Shown in pieces: positions 1 through 14,000 of a stretch of DNA of 64,000 bases (within the stretch, counting starts at the first letter, position 1; every line of letters begins with the position of its first letter). A model generated the notes under the pieces. The model was not told the DNA's origin. It ran no database searches and saw nothing but the letters and a program-made list of their open reading frames with translations. The DNA is taken from assembly GCF_009914755.1 (NCBI RefSeq), contig NC_060931.1, one strand, 5' to 3'. This DNA is from the human T2T-CHM13v2.0 reference genome, Homo sapiens. A program made the translations under genes and the position numbers.

Positions 1-1202
1 TAGGCCACAGGACTGCAACTCCTAGGCAAGTCCTAGCGCTGAACTGGGCTCAGAGACAGGGAACTGAACGGGTGCACCACTTACTAAGACAAAAGTGCTG
101 GCACCACACCTCCCCTAGCCCCAGCCTGCAAAGCTCATGGCTCCAAAAGAGAACCCTTCATTCACTTGAGGAGAGGAGTCAGAAGAGTGAAAAGGACTGT
201 GTCTTGCATCTTGGGTATCATCTCTGCTACAGGAGGATAGGACACCAGAGTAGCGAGGTCTCCTTTCTAGGCCCTAGCTCTCAGATGACATTTCTAGACA
301 CACCTGGGGCAAGAAGGAAACCCACTGCCTTAAAGGGAAGGATCCAGTCCTGGCAGGATTCATCACCTGCTACCTGATGAGCCCTTGAGCCCTGAATAAC
401 AAGCAGCAATATCCAGGAAGTATGCTGTGGGCCCTTAGGTGAGGCTCTGAGACTTGTTGGCTTCAGATGAGACTCAGCACATTGGCATCTGTGATGGATA
501 GTGGGCAAGACTCATTTTGCTTCAGAAAAGCAGAGACAAAAGTAAAGGGAAATTTATCTTGTACCTTAGACACCAGCTTGACCACAGTGGGGTAGAACAC
601 TAAGTGGGCCCTTGGGGTCCCCAATTCTAGCCCTTGGCTCTTGGATGACATTTCTGGACCGGCTCTGGGCCATAAAGGAGCCCACTGCTTTGAAGGGTGA
701 GTCCAAGACCAGATAGCATTTACCATAAGCCAACTGAAAAGCCCATGAGCCAAAAGGGAACATCAGCAGTAGCCTCCCCATGGGCCTGTGGAGCCAGTGG
801 CCACAGAGTGAGGTTCGTCTGCCTTTGGAGAGGGGAGGGAAAATGGGAAGGACTGCATTTCATAGTTTGAAGGCCAGCTCAGCCACAGTACAAGAGAACA
901 CCAGGTAGACTTCTAAGGTTTTTGACTCTAGACTCCTAGATGACACCTGTGGACCCACCCAGGGCCTGGAGGAACTCACTGCTCCGAAGAAAAGGACACA
1001 GACTTGGCTGGATTTTCCACCTGATGATTGTAGAACCCCAGGGCCTTAACTGAACATAGGCAGTAGCCAGGGAGTGGTTAGAGCAGACCTTGGGAAAGAC
1101 CCAGCACTGTGCTGGTTTCAGGTCTGACCCAGCACAGTAATAGTGGTAGTGGCTACATGGGGTGTTTGTGTCATTCCACTCCCATCTCCATGTGACTCAG
1201 AA

Positions 1203-1226
1203 CAGAGAGACAGATAATGAGAGAGA

Positions 1227-1261
<35 letters not shown>
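1203..1261. repeat. (GA)n microsatellite within L1 5'UTR
   Basis: Direct reading of GAGAGA tract. Confidence 0.9.
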
Positions 1262-3514
1262 CTATTTATTTGGGAAAAGTAAGGGAAGAGAACAAGAGCC
1301 TCTGCATGGTAACCCAGCGAATTCTTCCAGGTCTTGTCTAAGATCCCCAAGGTGGTACCTCTGCAAGTCTGCAAGAACCAGAACCACAGCATTACTGGGC
1401 TTGGGGTACCCCCAGTGCAGATACAGCTAGATCACAACACCCAAGTCCTTTCAATTATCTGGAAAGCCTACCAAAAGGTCAGGTACAAACAAGTTCAGAC
1501 TGCAAAGACTACAATAAATATCTAGCTCCTTGAGGCCCAGTCACAGACAAATATCCACAAGCATCAAGATAATCCAGGAAAACATGACTTCACCAAATGA
1601 ACTAAATAAGGGACCAGGGACTAATCTTACAGAAAGAGATTTGTGTCCTTTCAGATAGTGAATTCAAAATAACTGTTTAGAGAAACCTCAAAGAAATTCA
1701 AGATAACACCGAGAAGGAATTCAAAATTCTCTTAGATAAATTTAATGAAGAGATTGAAATAATTAAAATGAATCAAGCAGAAATTCTGGAGCTGAAAAAT
1801 GCAACTGATATACTGAAAAATTCATCAGTCTTAGTAGCAGAATGAATCAAGCAGAAGAAAGAATTAGTGAGCTTGAAGACAGGCTATTTGAAAATATACA
1901 GAGGAGACAAAAGAAAAAAGAATAAAAAACAATGAAGCACATCTATAGGATCTAAAAAATAGTCTCCAAAGGACAAATCTAAGAGTGATTGGCTTTGAAG
2001 AGGAGCTAGAGAGAAAGATGGAGATAGAACATTTTTTTCAAAGGGATAATTACAGAGAACTTCCCAAACCTAGAGAAAGATCTCAATATCCATGTATAAG
2101 AAGGTTATAAAATACCAAGCAGATTTAATCCAAAGAAGACTACATCAAGGCATCTAATAATCAAACTCCCAAAGGTCAAGGATAAATAAAGGTTCCTAAA
2201 ACCATCAAGAGAAAAGAAAAAGTAACATACAATAGAGCTCCAATATGTCTGGCAGCAGACTTTTTCAGTGTAAATGTTATAGGTCAGGAGATAGTGGCAT
2301 GACATATTGAAGTGCTGAAGGCAAAAAAAGAAAACTTTTACCATAGAATAGCATTTCTGGCAAAAATAACTTTCACACATAAAGGAAAAATAAAGACTTT
2401 TCCAGACATACAAAAGCTGAGAGATTTCATCAACACCAGACCTGTCCTACAAGAAATGTTATAGGGAGACCTCAACAGTAAAGAAAAGGACATTAATGAG
2501 CAATAAGAAATCATTTGAAGGTACGAAATTCACTGATAATAGTAAGTACACAGAAAAACACAGAATATTATAGTATTGTAACTATGGTTTGTAAACTACT
2601 TTTATCTTAAATATAAAGGATAAATGTTGATCCAATTAAAAACAAGCAATAACTACAACAACTTTTTAATACATAGAGAATACAATAAGATATGAATAGA
2701 AAAAAGCAAAAAGTTTAAAAGTGGAGGTAAAAAGTTAAGGTGTAGACTTTTTATTAGTGTGTGTGTTTATGCAAACACTGTTAAGTTGTTGTCAGCTTAA
2801 AATAATGGGTTATAAGACAATATTTGCAAGCCTCATGGTAATCTCAAATCAAAAAAACATACAATTGATTTATAATAAATAAAAAGGAAGAAGCTAAATC
2901 GTATTTCCAGAGAAAATCACCTTAACTAAAAGGAAGACAGGAAGGAAAGAAAGAAGGAAAAGACCACCAAACAACAAGAAGACATATAACAAAATCACAG
3001 GAGTAAGTCCTTACTTGTCAATAGTAACATTAAATATAAATGGACTAAACTCTCCAATCAAAAGACATAGAGTGAATGAATGGATCAAAAAACAAGACCC
3101 AAGGATCTGTTGTCTAAAATATACAAATCAATCAATGTGATGCATCATATCAACAGAATGAAGAACAAAAACCTTCTGATTATTTCAATTCATGATGAAA
3201 AAAGCATTTGATAAAATTCACCATCCTTTCAAAACAAAAACCCTAAAAAAACTGGGTATAGAATGAACATAACACAATAAAAGTTATATACAACAGACCC
3301 ACAGCTAGTATCATACTAAATGGAGAAAAACAGTTTTTTCTCTAAGACTGGAAACATGACAAGGATACCCATTTTCACCGTTATTCAACAAAGCACTGGA
3401 AGTCATAGCTAGAGCAATCAGACAAGACAAAGAAATAGGGCATCCAAATTGGAAAGGAAGAAGTAAAAGTTATTATTTGAAGATGATATGAACTTATATT
3501 TGGAAAAAACCTAA

Positions 3515-3910
<396 letters not shown>

Positions 3911-4362
3911 AGGAGCATTTTTATATACCTACAGCAACAATCTGAAAAATGAATCAAGAAAGTAAATCCCATTTACAATAGCTACAAATAAAAGACCTAG
4001 GAATTAACCAAAGCAGTGGAAGATCTCTACAATAAAAACTATAAAACACTGATGCAAGAAATTGAAGAGAACACCAAAAAATGGGAAGATATTCCATGTT
4101 CATTGATTGGAAGAATCAGTATTGTTAAAATATTATAATACTCAAAGCATTCTATAGATTTAATGCAATCCCTATCAAACTACCAATTATATTCTTCACA
4201 GAAATAGAAAAAAGTCTAAAATGTATATGAAACCACAAAAGATTTCAATAGCCAAAGTCACCTGGAGTAGAAAGAAGAAAACTGCAGGAATCACATTACC
4301 TGACTTCAAACTATACTACAGAGCTAAAGTAACCAAAATATCGTGGTACTGGCATAAAAACA

Positions 4363-4668
<306 letters not shown>

Positions 4669-5379
4669 GACACATATTTCAGTGGAACAGAATAGAGAAC
4701 CGAGAAATAAATTCATACATCTACAGTGAACTTGTGTTAGACAAAGGTGCCAAGAACATAAATTGGAGAAAGGACAGTCTTTTCAATAAATGGTGGTAGG
4801 AAAACTGGATATCCACATGCAAAAGAATGAAACTAGACCCCTATCTCTTCTATATATAAAACTATCAAGGATATGGATTAAAGGACTTAATGGATTAAAG
4901 ACTTAAGCGGATTAAAGACTTAAATCTAAGACCTCAAACTATAAAACTCCTACAAGAAAATATTAGGAAAACTCTCCAGGACATTGGAGTGGGCAAAGAT
5001 TTATTGAGCAATACCCACAGGCACAGGCAACCAAAGCAAAAATGGATAAATGAGATCACATCAAGTTCAAAGCTTCTGCATAGCAAAGGAAATAATCAAC
5101 AAAGTGAAGAGACAACCCACAGAATGGGAGAAAATACTTGCAAAATGCCCATCTGTCAAGGAATGAATAATCAAAATATATAAGGAGCTCAAACAAATAT
5201 ATATGTCCATAAATAATCTACTATCAAGTCTCTGTAATCACTAACAGGGGTCACAGGTTGTATTCTGGTTGCTTTCTAAGCCCAAGTCATTCTCAGTTTT
5301 GCTCCCAGAAAAACATTTTTTTTAAATAGGAGTTGATGATGTTACTTTGACTTTTTAAACTTTTTAACTCAGGATTCTT

Positions 5380-5730
5380 CTAAGGCTTCTCATTATGTTA
5401 CATTAAAATTCAAAATCCCTAACAGGAGCTGAAGGAACTACCTGATCTCACTCTTCCTCTCTCTCCAAATACATCTTGAGCCCCTCTTTCCCTTGTTTGG
5501 TCCACTTCACAGTGGACATCTTTATGTTCATTTGAAGGACATGCTTATTTCTAAATTCAGAACCTTCACACATGGTCTTCCTTCTGCCTGAAATGCTATT
5601 CTCCAACTCTTTTCTATTGCATTTTTATGGTTTAATCTATATATTTCATCCACAAAATAAAAAGCCTCATCTTGAGTCCTCTCATAACAAATACTCCATC
5701 CTCTATCCTCATCCTTTTTCAGTTGTAACA
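5380..5730 (+). mobile_element. L2 LINE 3' fragment
   Basis: CCTTCACACATGGTCTTCCCTTCTGCCTGAAATGCTATTCTCC resembles L2 3' consensus. Confidence 0.6.
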
Positions 5731-5837
5731 TAAACTGCTAGAAATATTCGCTATTGACTACCCACAGTTTCATCTTTCACTGGAAATGGTCATTTGCTAG
5801 AGGCTATACTGTCTCTGAGATAGGGACAAAAATGCCT

Positions 5838-6226
5838 GGCACTATTCACAATAGCAAAGTCATGGAACCAAGTTAAGTGTCCATGAATGTTTGACTGGGC
5901 AAAGAAAATGTGGTACATATACACCATGAAATACTATGTAGTATGTGGTACATATACACCATGAAATACTAAGTAGCTGTAAAAAGAATGAAATCATGTC
6001 CTTTGTAGCAGCATGGAAGTAGCTGGAGGCCATTATCCTAAGTGAAAATCGATTTCATTATCCTTAAGTGAAATGTTTCCTAACTCAGAAACAGAAAACC
6101 AAATAGTGCAGGTTGTCAGTTATGAGTGAGAGCTAAATAATGGGTACACAAGGTCATAAAGAAGAAAATAAAAGACACCAGGGACTCCAAAGGAAGGAGG
6201 CTGGGGGTAAGGGAAAGGGTTGAAAA
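5838..6226 (+). mobile_element. L1PB-like ORF2 end and partial 3'UTR
   Basis: GCACTATTCACAATAGCAAAGTCATGGAACC...GAAATCATGTCCTTTGTAGCAGCATGG...GGGTTGAAAAA. Confidence 0.85.
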
Positions 6227-6323
6227 AGGTTTTCTTCTAGTGTTTCTATAGTTTCAGGTCTTACATCTAACTTGTTAATCCAGCTTGACTTAATTTTTCT
6301 ATATGGTAAGAGATAGGGGTCTC
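6227..6323 (-). mobile_element. Short antisense L1 ORF2 fragment
   Basis: GGTTTTCTTCTAGTGTTTCTATAGTTTCAGGTCTTACATCT is the reverse complement of the L1 ORF2 'KTLEEN' region. Confidence 0.8.
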
Positions 6324-6499
6324 ATATCCTTTGCAATTGAGCTTCTTAAAGTGTTGTTACATTTACTATTTCGGCTTCTTTTCTTCCCAGTTCTCTCCTC
6401 AGTTAGCTTCAACCAGCTTTGTTGAATCCATTATCCTTCTAAAATTATCCATACCTAGATTCCAACGTCTGATTGCAAAGCCTATCTTAAGGTTATATA

Positions 6500-7060
6500 A
6501 CAGTTGTCCTGTCTCCTGAAATGACCTTTCTTGGCTTTTACACACCTGCTAGCTTTGTATTCCTCCCATCATTGTTCAAAATTGTTCTCAGCCAACTTTG
6601 TCAACAGTGTTCTGCAACTTCCAAAATTGTTGGAGTTTTTCTGGAGTTCTTGGCTCTTTCTTCAAGGTTTTATAATAATCAGAAGGTAATACCATTCAGT
6701 TTTTTGGTCTTATTTACTCCATCCATAACTCTAATGCAAATCTCTATTTTCAGTGTCAGATCCTGCTCCACCCCTTACTCTACTCAGTGCAATCCCACAG
6801 TTCTAACTGTGAGTTCATTATCTTCCTCCATCCTCTCTATTGTTCCATTCATCCAGCAAAACAAACCAGGAACTTGAGACTAATATTTGACTTTTTCTCA
6901 TCTCTCCTGTCTCTAACTCACCACACAACTATGAGATGAAACTTTCTAAAATTGTACCCAGTTATGTAGGCCCCTTGCTTAAGTCCCCTCAATGATCTTT
7001 ATTGTCCTCAAGATAAGGCCCCATTTTGTTTGCAAAGCTCACTAAAACTTTCATGAACTA
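6500..7060 (+). mobile_element. Degenerate L2 fragments
   Basis: Pyrimidine-rich L2-like text, e.g. GATGAACTTTCTAAAATTGTACCCAGTTATGTAGGCCCCTTGCTTAAG. Confidence 0.5.
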
Positions 7061-7116
7061 AACTTCTCTCTCACCAGAGATACTCTATTGTAGTTATGCC
7101 TTCTCTGTCTTGTCTA

Positions 7117-7360
7117 GAAAGGCAGTATAATTCAGCAGAGTCTTGCTGCCTAAATTTGAGTCACGTGGTTTGCTATCCATGTGATGTTTATTTGTATGGA
7201 GCTAGAGACTGAATTTTCCCAGGTCTCAGTTTCCCTTAATGTTAAAATAATAATAGTATTCATCTGGGTATGTATGAGACTTGACATCAGACCTGCAAAA
7301 TCCTGTGATGGTGTCTGGCAAATAGAAATCACTCAACAAATTGTAGCTGTATTCATTATT
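7117..7360 (+). mobile_element. MIR SINE
   Basis: Core-like GTCTCAGTTTCCCTTAATGTTAAAATAATAATAGTA; 3' end GTGTCTGGCAAATAGAAATCACTCAACAAAT. Confidence 0.7.
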
Positions 7361-8758
7361 ATTAATAGTAGTATTTCATTTTATACATTAAATTTCTCCA
7401 GGGCAGGTGCTATGCTAAGTATTCAGTACATATTAATTAAATAATTGTTACTTGGATATAAAATAGTAGAGCTCTACCTTATCAAGCAAACTAATTCACT
7501 TCTTTAAACTCTGAAATAATTGTGCAAATTAAGCCACTTGAAAGAATTGAGGTAAGTATACTCTGGGAGGTTACAGTAGAAATAACATATTGTAATATAT
7601 ATAAAATAAGAAGAGACAGTAAGACTAACCCAGGAAACTCAATCACTTCACATGTAGAGGCTTGAGAAATATTTTCTGAAATATCTAAAAAACAAAGGTT
7701 TTCTGTTAATCTATTGTGCCTATGCCATTGGAGAAAGTAAACTTCGTAAAATAAAGCTCAACCAAAGGATGTCTTTCAAGCTTTCTTATTCAAACCTTCT
7801 GGCAGAGACTGAAAACTCAACCACTTTACTTATCAAAGACTGCAATCAACATAGCAAAGCTTAAGAAAGATTAGAAATGAATAAGCTGCTCCACAGACTC
7901 TGAAGGTTATTAGAGTTTGATAGAGTCAGAGGCAGCCACACCATATGGTTGCTGAAAAATTCACTCATCAAGGAGAGTCATAAAATTGCAGTACATTTCT
8001 AAAGACATAAACCCCCTACCTGTTAAGGATCAAAAATAACCAGGGACAGAGAATTTGCCAGGAAGGAAAGTAAAGCAGGATTAGAAATCTTCAAAAACAC
8101 CATTCCAGGATTTGTACTATATACAACTGCATAGCGGACAGAGAGACCTGTGAATTGTCTTTAGACAATACTGCCTCAATACTTACCCACTACTGACACA
8201 TGCCCATACATGGGGTGTTTCACCAGTATGTGTCCTGATTCAATTACTGCCATGAATTTTCTCCTCTTCCACAAACTTTTCAGAATGAGGCAAGCACTAT
8301 TTTTTTAAATAAATCCACAACATTTAGGTATAAAAGCATATATATTTCCAAATCAAAGGAAGTCCAACTCTGAGTCACTAGTGAGAAATTCTATCTCTTA
8401 TACTGCAAAACCCCAGGTCCCAAGGATTGTATATAATTCAGAACAATTGAAAAGGACCACCAGTTTGGGGTTTTTTTTAAATTTTGTTTTCCATTATTCG
8501 TGGATCAAGTGGGAATGGTCTTCTGAGGGTAGGAGTCACCACTTGTCTCTCACCAGGCTTAAGAGGGGAAATTTTGCCCAGACTGGCAGCCTCAGTGTGC
8601 TGGATCTAGCCTTTCTAGGATCACCCTAAAGTTATTACCCTCCAAAGTTCTTCCACTTCCTCAGAGGTTTGCAAAGAAGCTGGAAGTGAGTCTTCCGAAA
8701 TAGCATAAATCATGAATTGTAACTAATCAAAATGTGACTTTATTTTTGTTTCCCACAG

Positions 8759-8854
8759 ACCTTTTAGGCTTTATTCAATGGGTAATTTTTCTTCATTCTT
8801 GGACGAAAACTTAGGCCCTGTGATTTTCTGCACATTCTTATGGGATTGGTTGCC
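8759..8854 (+). other. Candidate 96-bp spliced exon, host transcript unknown
   Basis: Branch-like AACTAAT (8721-8727), tract TTTATTTTTGTTTCCCACAG, donor GCC|GTAAGT; in unique DNA. Confidence 0.4.
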
Positions 8855-10965
8855 GTAAGTCACAATCATTGTGTTATTTCAATAATTAGCATGTCCAGAA
8901 CAAGATTTTAATTAGAACTTTGAATTTGTTTAAGTATAAATCTCTCTTCTAGTTTGGACCAGCTTTATTCTGGAGCCTGCAAAAGGCATCAGGAGAGTGG
9001 GAATCAGATATTTTAAGTCAGCTGTTCTCACTGCTCTTAGCACATGATTAAACTTGACTCTTGTGAGGCACTTGCATAGGCTTTTCAGAGACGCTCACCT
9101 CTAGAAACTTCTATCCTGAAGTCCCACGGCCATCTGCTGTTCTAAGCAGATACTCTGAATTTTTCTTTCAGAATCTAGTGATAAACTCTAACTAGCCTCT
9201 CTCTGATGGGATATTCACAGTCCTCTAGTCACCCTCTTCGTCATGATCTTAGATTACCTCAAGCCAACTCTCTATTCCACGTGACCAGCCACTGACCTAC
9301 CAATCACACTCTCACATCGTTTGCTCTGACAAACTCTGAGGGTGCAGGATGTTTGCAATGCTGCAATGCTCTGTGGGCTCCGTCACCAGGCAATTGGCTT
9401 GTCTGTCTTCTGCCCACTACTGCTGTCAATGTGACCCCAAACTGCAGAGACACACATGGCTTTCTGACTTATCTTGTGAAAGCCTTCCTTACCAGGCTTA
9501 AGGAAGTGCCACAGACCCAGGTACATTGTGTGGAGGGTGCCAAATTGGTCACAGAGCTCACAATACCATTTTCCCAAAGACATTGTCCTCAGAAATCTGC
9601 TGTCTCCACATTTCAAACTTTTGTATATTCTTCATCTGCTGAGAGTTCTTGGAGTGGTGAAGATGGAACTCAAGATATTTTATATAAATATATACTGCAT
9701 ATAAAGATATGCCTCATATCCACTCTGGTATCCCAGTCTCTCTTATGGTAGCATATTTGAAATGGAGTCAACCTGAGTCTCCTAACACCCTGTCATAGCA
9801 GTATCATCTGCCAAAACCGCAGCATTTCCAGTTTGGGGCAGGCTCCCAGACTTTCCTATAATATTGCTACTTCTTTCTCTTTCATTGATCTCTAGAAAAA
9901 CACACAATTTCTCCTCAATTTAAATTGGCTTTTAAATCCTCCATTCTTGGATTGGAGTGGATAAATAAGATGCTCAGACCAATTTTATTTTTTTCTTATG
10001 AATTGATCCCACTATATGAATAATGAAAGAACTGCAAGGGTTTCTCATGATCTACAAAGATCAGTTACCGCTGGAAAATTATATATGTTTTATATATTGA
10101 TATACATTATATGTAATTTCCTCAGAGTAAAGAATACATGTATAAATATACACATGTATATATGTGGTTTTAAATTTTACTATCCAAATATTGAATGCAT
10201 TTGAAAGCTCTGACAGCATTTGTGATGAATGAGAAATCTCTAATTGCTACTGAAACACTCCTTAGACATGCCAAGTACGTTCAAAAGAAACTTTTAAAAC
10301 TTTCACTGAGGGTGAAAATATCAAAATCAATAATCCTAATAAACAACTTCTTAGTATTCCCAGAGATATTCTGACAGATGAGAGAGAAGATTGTTCACCT
10401 CTAGATTTTTCCCTCTTTTTTCTTTTGATATCGAGTGAGCATGTATGTCTTATTTGTGTGCAGAAATATAAATAATGCAATGAAGGATCACAAAAGAGGA
10501 GCCTCCTCACAACTGATGAGCCATTTTTTTTTAATTAACAGAAGAAAAAGATAAGGACCATACTGAAACAATTGTCTGAGGTCCCAGAGGTAAACCTTAA
10601 TACCTGCATTTTAACAAGTGTTTGAAATTGAACCAAGTATTGGAATAGAGGAGGATATAAAAAATGACTATGTTGTCAATTATTTCACACTTCAGAAAAA
10701 TAATACACATTTGAAATCTGGCAAGCATGAAAAAGGTCACGTGGAAAAGAACTCTGCTACAGATGAAGGTATTGCTTTGCTGTCTTACACATAAATTATT
10801 GAATAAGATTACAGTATTTACAAGGAAAGAAATTTTTCAACTGTCTAATGACTAATAATGCCGTCTATCTCCCTCCAAATATGATGAACCTTGAACATTT
10901 TTCTGGGTCTATTCAAAATTATTTTCTCATTCCTCGTTGTATTAGATTGTGATAAGAATTTTTCT

Positions 10966-11040
10966 CTGTGTATATATGTGTATGTGTACACACACATACA
11001 CACCTATACACACATACACATATATACACATACACATATG
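10966..11040. repeat. Mixed TG/CA/CATA low-complexity repeat
   Basis: Direct reading. Confidence 0.8.
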
Positions 11041-14000
11041 GAGACAGATAGTTTATTCAGTTGATGAGTCAAGAGTGGCAACACAGGAGAAAGAATGGTT
11101 CATTGTAATTGTTGCAGGACATACGGTATTTTCTGGCCACAGGTAACATAAATAAGGAGGTGATAATGTTCCTATATTTACAATAATTAAAATCTGTGTG
11201 GGACATGCTTAGTGACACATTTTAAAGTGTATCTTAAGCACACGGAATAAACAATGATTCATTAAAGTTGTGGAACAAACATGACCCCAATTATGTTTCA
11301 AATGACAGGAAGAACCAGGAATGTTTTCTCTGGAGAATACAGCATTCAATTGAACAGCTACACTGAGAAACATAAGAACTATCTTCACATGTTTAAAACA
11401 GCTATGTGGAACAGGAGATAAATGTTTCTTTAGGTGCCAGAGAGGAATGAGAAAAAGGTAGAGGGAGATCATGTTTGGATCATAGATAGAATGGGATATC
11501 TCAGAAGGAAGCGAGTTGTCTACAATCTGAGGTGGTCAGATAGGTGATTTGAATCATGTCTAGGATGGAATTTGACTTGGCTCATTCATAAACAGTATTC
11601 ATACTGTTTCATCACCTAATATCACATTAAACTCATATGGGACATATTCAAATGGGTTAGAGGTAAAGTAGAGAGATACCAGTTGACTCCCTGCCCCGAG
11701 TAGGGCCCCATATTGACTCCTACTTTTGGGCCTTGGGCAGAACAGAGCAAGTAATTCAGAGTCACAAAATACTTTTGTGTTTTAGCCCTTTCAAAATGGT
11801 CAGCTTCCTCTAACAAGCTCTAAATCTACTCTTTAAAATCCTGTATTTTGTTGTTCAATTAATTTATACCCTCCATTTTTTGTTTTCAACCATAAAACTA
11901 TTCTTTATGGATTTCATAACTTAAAAATTCATATGCTACATTGACAGCCCAAAAAAAGAAAAGCACTTTCCTTTTTCAACATCTGTACTATTGTGATTTA
12001 TGACCTCTTTTTATTTGGTTCTCTGTCTTACATTTTTTAGTAGGTGGAGGGATAGGAATCCATTCTTTGAAATGAATCGTATATAAATATCTGAGCTGAA
12101 ATACAATAACGAGTCTGTCGTGCATCACACAGTAGAACCAGAAAGATAAATAATGTAGCCGCATAAAAATACCTTATTATGCTTATTATAAACACCTTTG
12201 ATTTTACCTAAACACAGCCAAGTACACAGTGTTCATACTACCCTAGTGTTTTGCATAGAAACCATGCAACATATAAACTTGTATGTGTGTTTATTTTCAG
12301 TAATCTCTAATCACTCAGTGGAGTTTAGTGTTAGTTCATCTTTAAATTTAAACCATTATTCTATACACAGGGAGCTATAACATTTTTTTCCACATGGTGT
12401 CATATTTATTTCCACAAAGGAAAAGTGATGACAGAAACATTTTTTTAAAAAAAGGGGTTCCAAAAAATATGTATTAAAACAACAGTAGATTTCCCATTAA
12501 GCAAAGAATTCAGTACCTCATTTTTCAGCCAGTTGAAGGAGCGCCGAGAATGTACTGGCTTTGGAAAAGATACCTCTTTCCAGCCAAAACTCTTCAGAGA
12601 GGTTCAATAAGAATAATTTCCATTCAGGAATTCCAATTTTCATATGCCAGGTGTCAGGACTGTCATACCTTTGGACTGTTTAGTCTTAGCAAACCTAATA
12701 AAACAATCGTACATAACCACAAGGAAACATTTTGTTGCTCTTTTCCTCACAGCATCACTTTTAAGTTCAACTAAATTTACGAAAAACCAGTTTTGCATTT
12801 TTGAACATCTTGTTCAGATTTCTAAGGAAGATTTTTCTTGAAAGCACGTCAATATAATGAGTTATTAAAATATACACATAAAACAAGAGTGATATTCAAG
12901 TGGTTATATACTGAATATAAACCCTGAGACATGAAGTTTAAATGGTATTCTTTCTGGAGAAAAAAATCTGTGGTTGAAATATTTTAGCCTTATCTTACTG
13001 GCAGTTCACAGGGAGTCAGATAATGCTGATGGCTGCTGCTTTGTGCCAAACATTTGAAATTCAGTATAGAAAAGGGGCTTGCAAATTGTCTTCTTGACCC
13101 ATGACTCAGTTTTGTGAGATGATGGTTTCCCATGCAGAGTTTCAAGTTGAAGATGCCCTTGTTTTATTTCTCACAGTTTATAGTTCTACAAAAGGAATGC
13201 AGTGGGAAGAATTTCTCAAACTAAATATTTTAAGGGTCACCTACAATTGATATTGTTTAAAGCAATTCCTTAACAACATTTCATTAAAATCTGTTTTAGT
13301 TTCTCCATCAATATATTAGTGATAAGAAAGCAATTCATTTTCATAGAGGGCTGATGTGACTGCTCTATTGCTCTAGCATAGGAGAAAGCATAATATAGAT
13401 TGCATTTAAAAAATCCTCCCTAGATTACATTTCTCCTGATTTAGAAGATAATAATATAAATTATTTATTTACTGACCTATCCTGAAATGGTTGTGAAGGA
13501 TCTCAGTGATTCCTGGACTTAAGAATTCCTGGCATTTAGGAAGGAGGTAAGTATTTATTTTGCCCAAGTGCCAGACTATAAGCTGGGTGCATATTGTCTC
13601 ATCTAAGGGTCTCAAGTGTCCCCTGAGGTCCTCAATCAGTCTTGCCCTTAGTTAAGGGGAGGTCTAAGCCATGACTCATTTTCAAATCACTGGGTCCATG
13701 AGGCCCTTTCTGACCATAAATTGTAGTTCTAAATTCAGAGATTCAGTATCAGGTTTAAGACCAAGTCCTTGAGCTGTATTATCAGTTTTAGTAGGTGGGT
13801 TCATAGTTTATTCTGCCATGCCTGAGTACTTCTCTCAATAACTGATGTAATACCTCAGTTCCTCCCAGAATGTTTAGTCTTGTTTGCTTTAGCTACATTT
13901 CTGCAGTGACTGGAGTCTAGTTCTAGTACTTGCTACTGGTTTGGTATCTTTTATTGCTGGCTTCCAGCATATCCAGTCATAAATCTATTCTGGACTCCTA

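Noticed and set aside
72-781. Several 70-100-aa ORFs
   Set aside because: Lie in the GC-richer L1 5'UTR; no recognisable domain.
9353-9751. 132-aa ORF
   Set aside because: Non-ATG start and no recognisable homology; consistent with chance.
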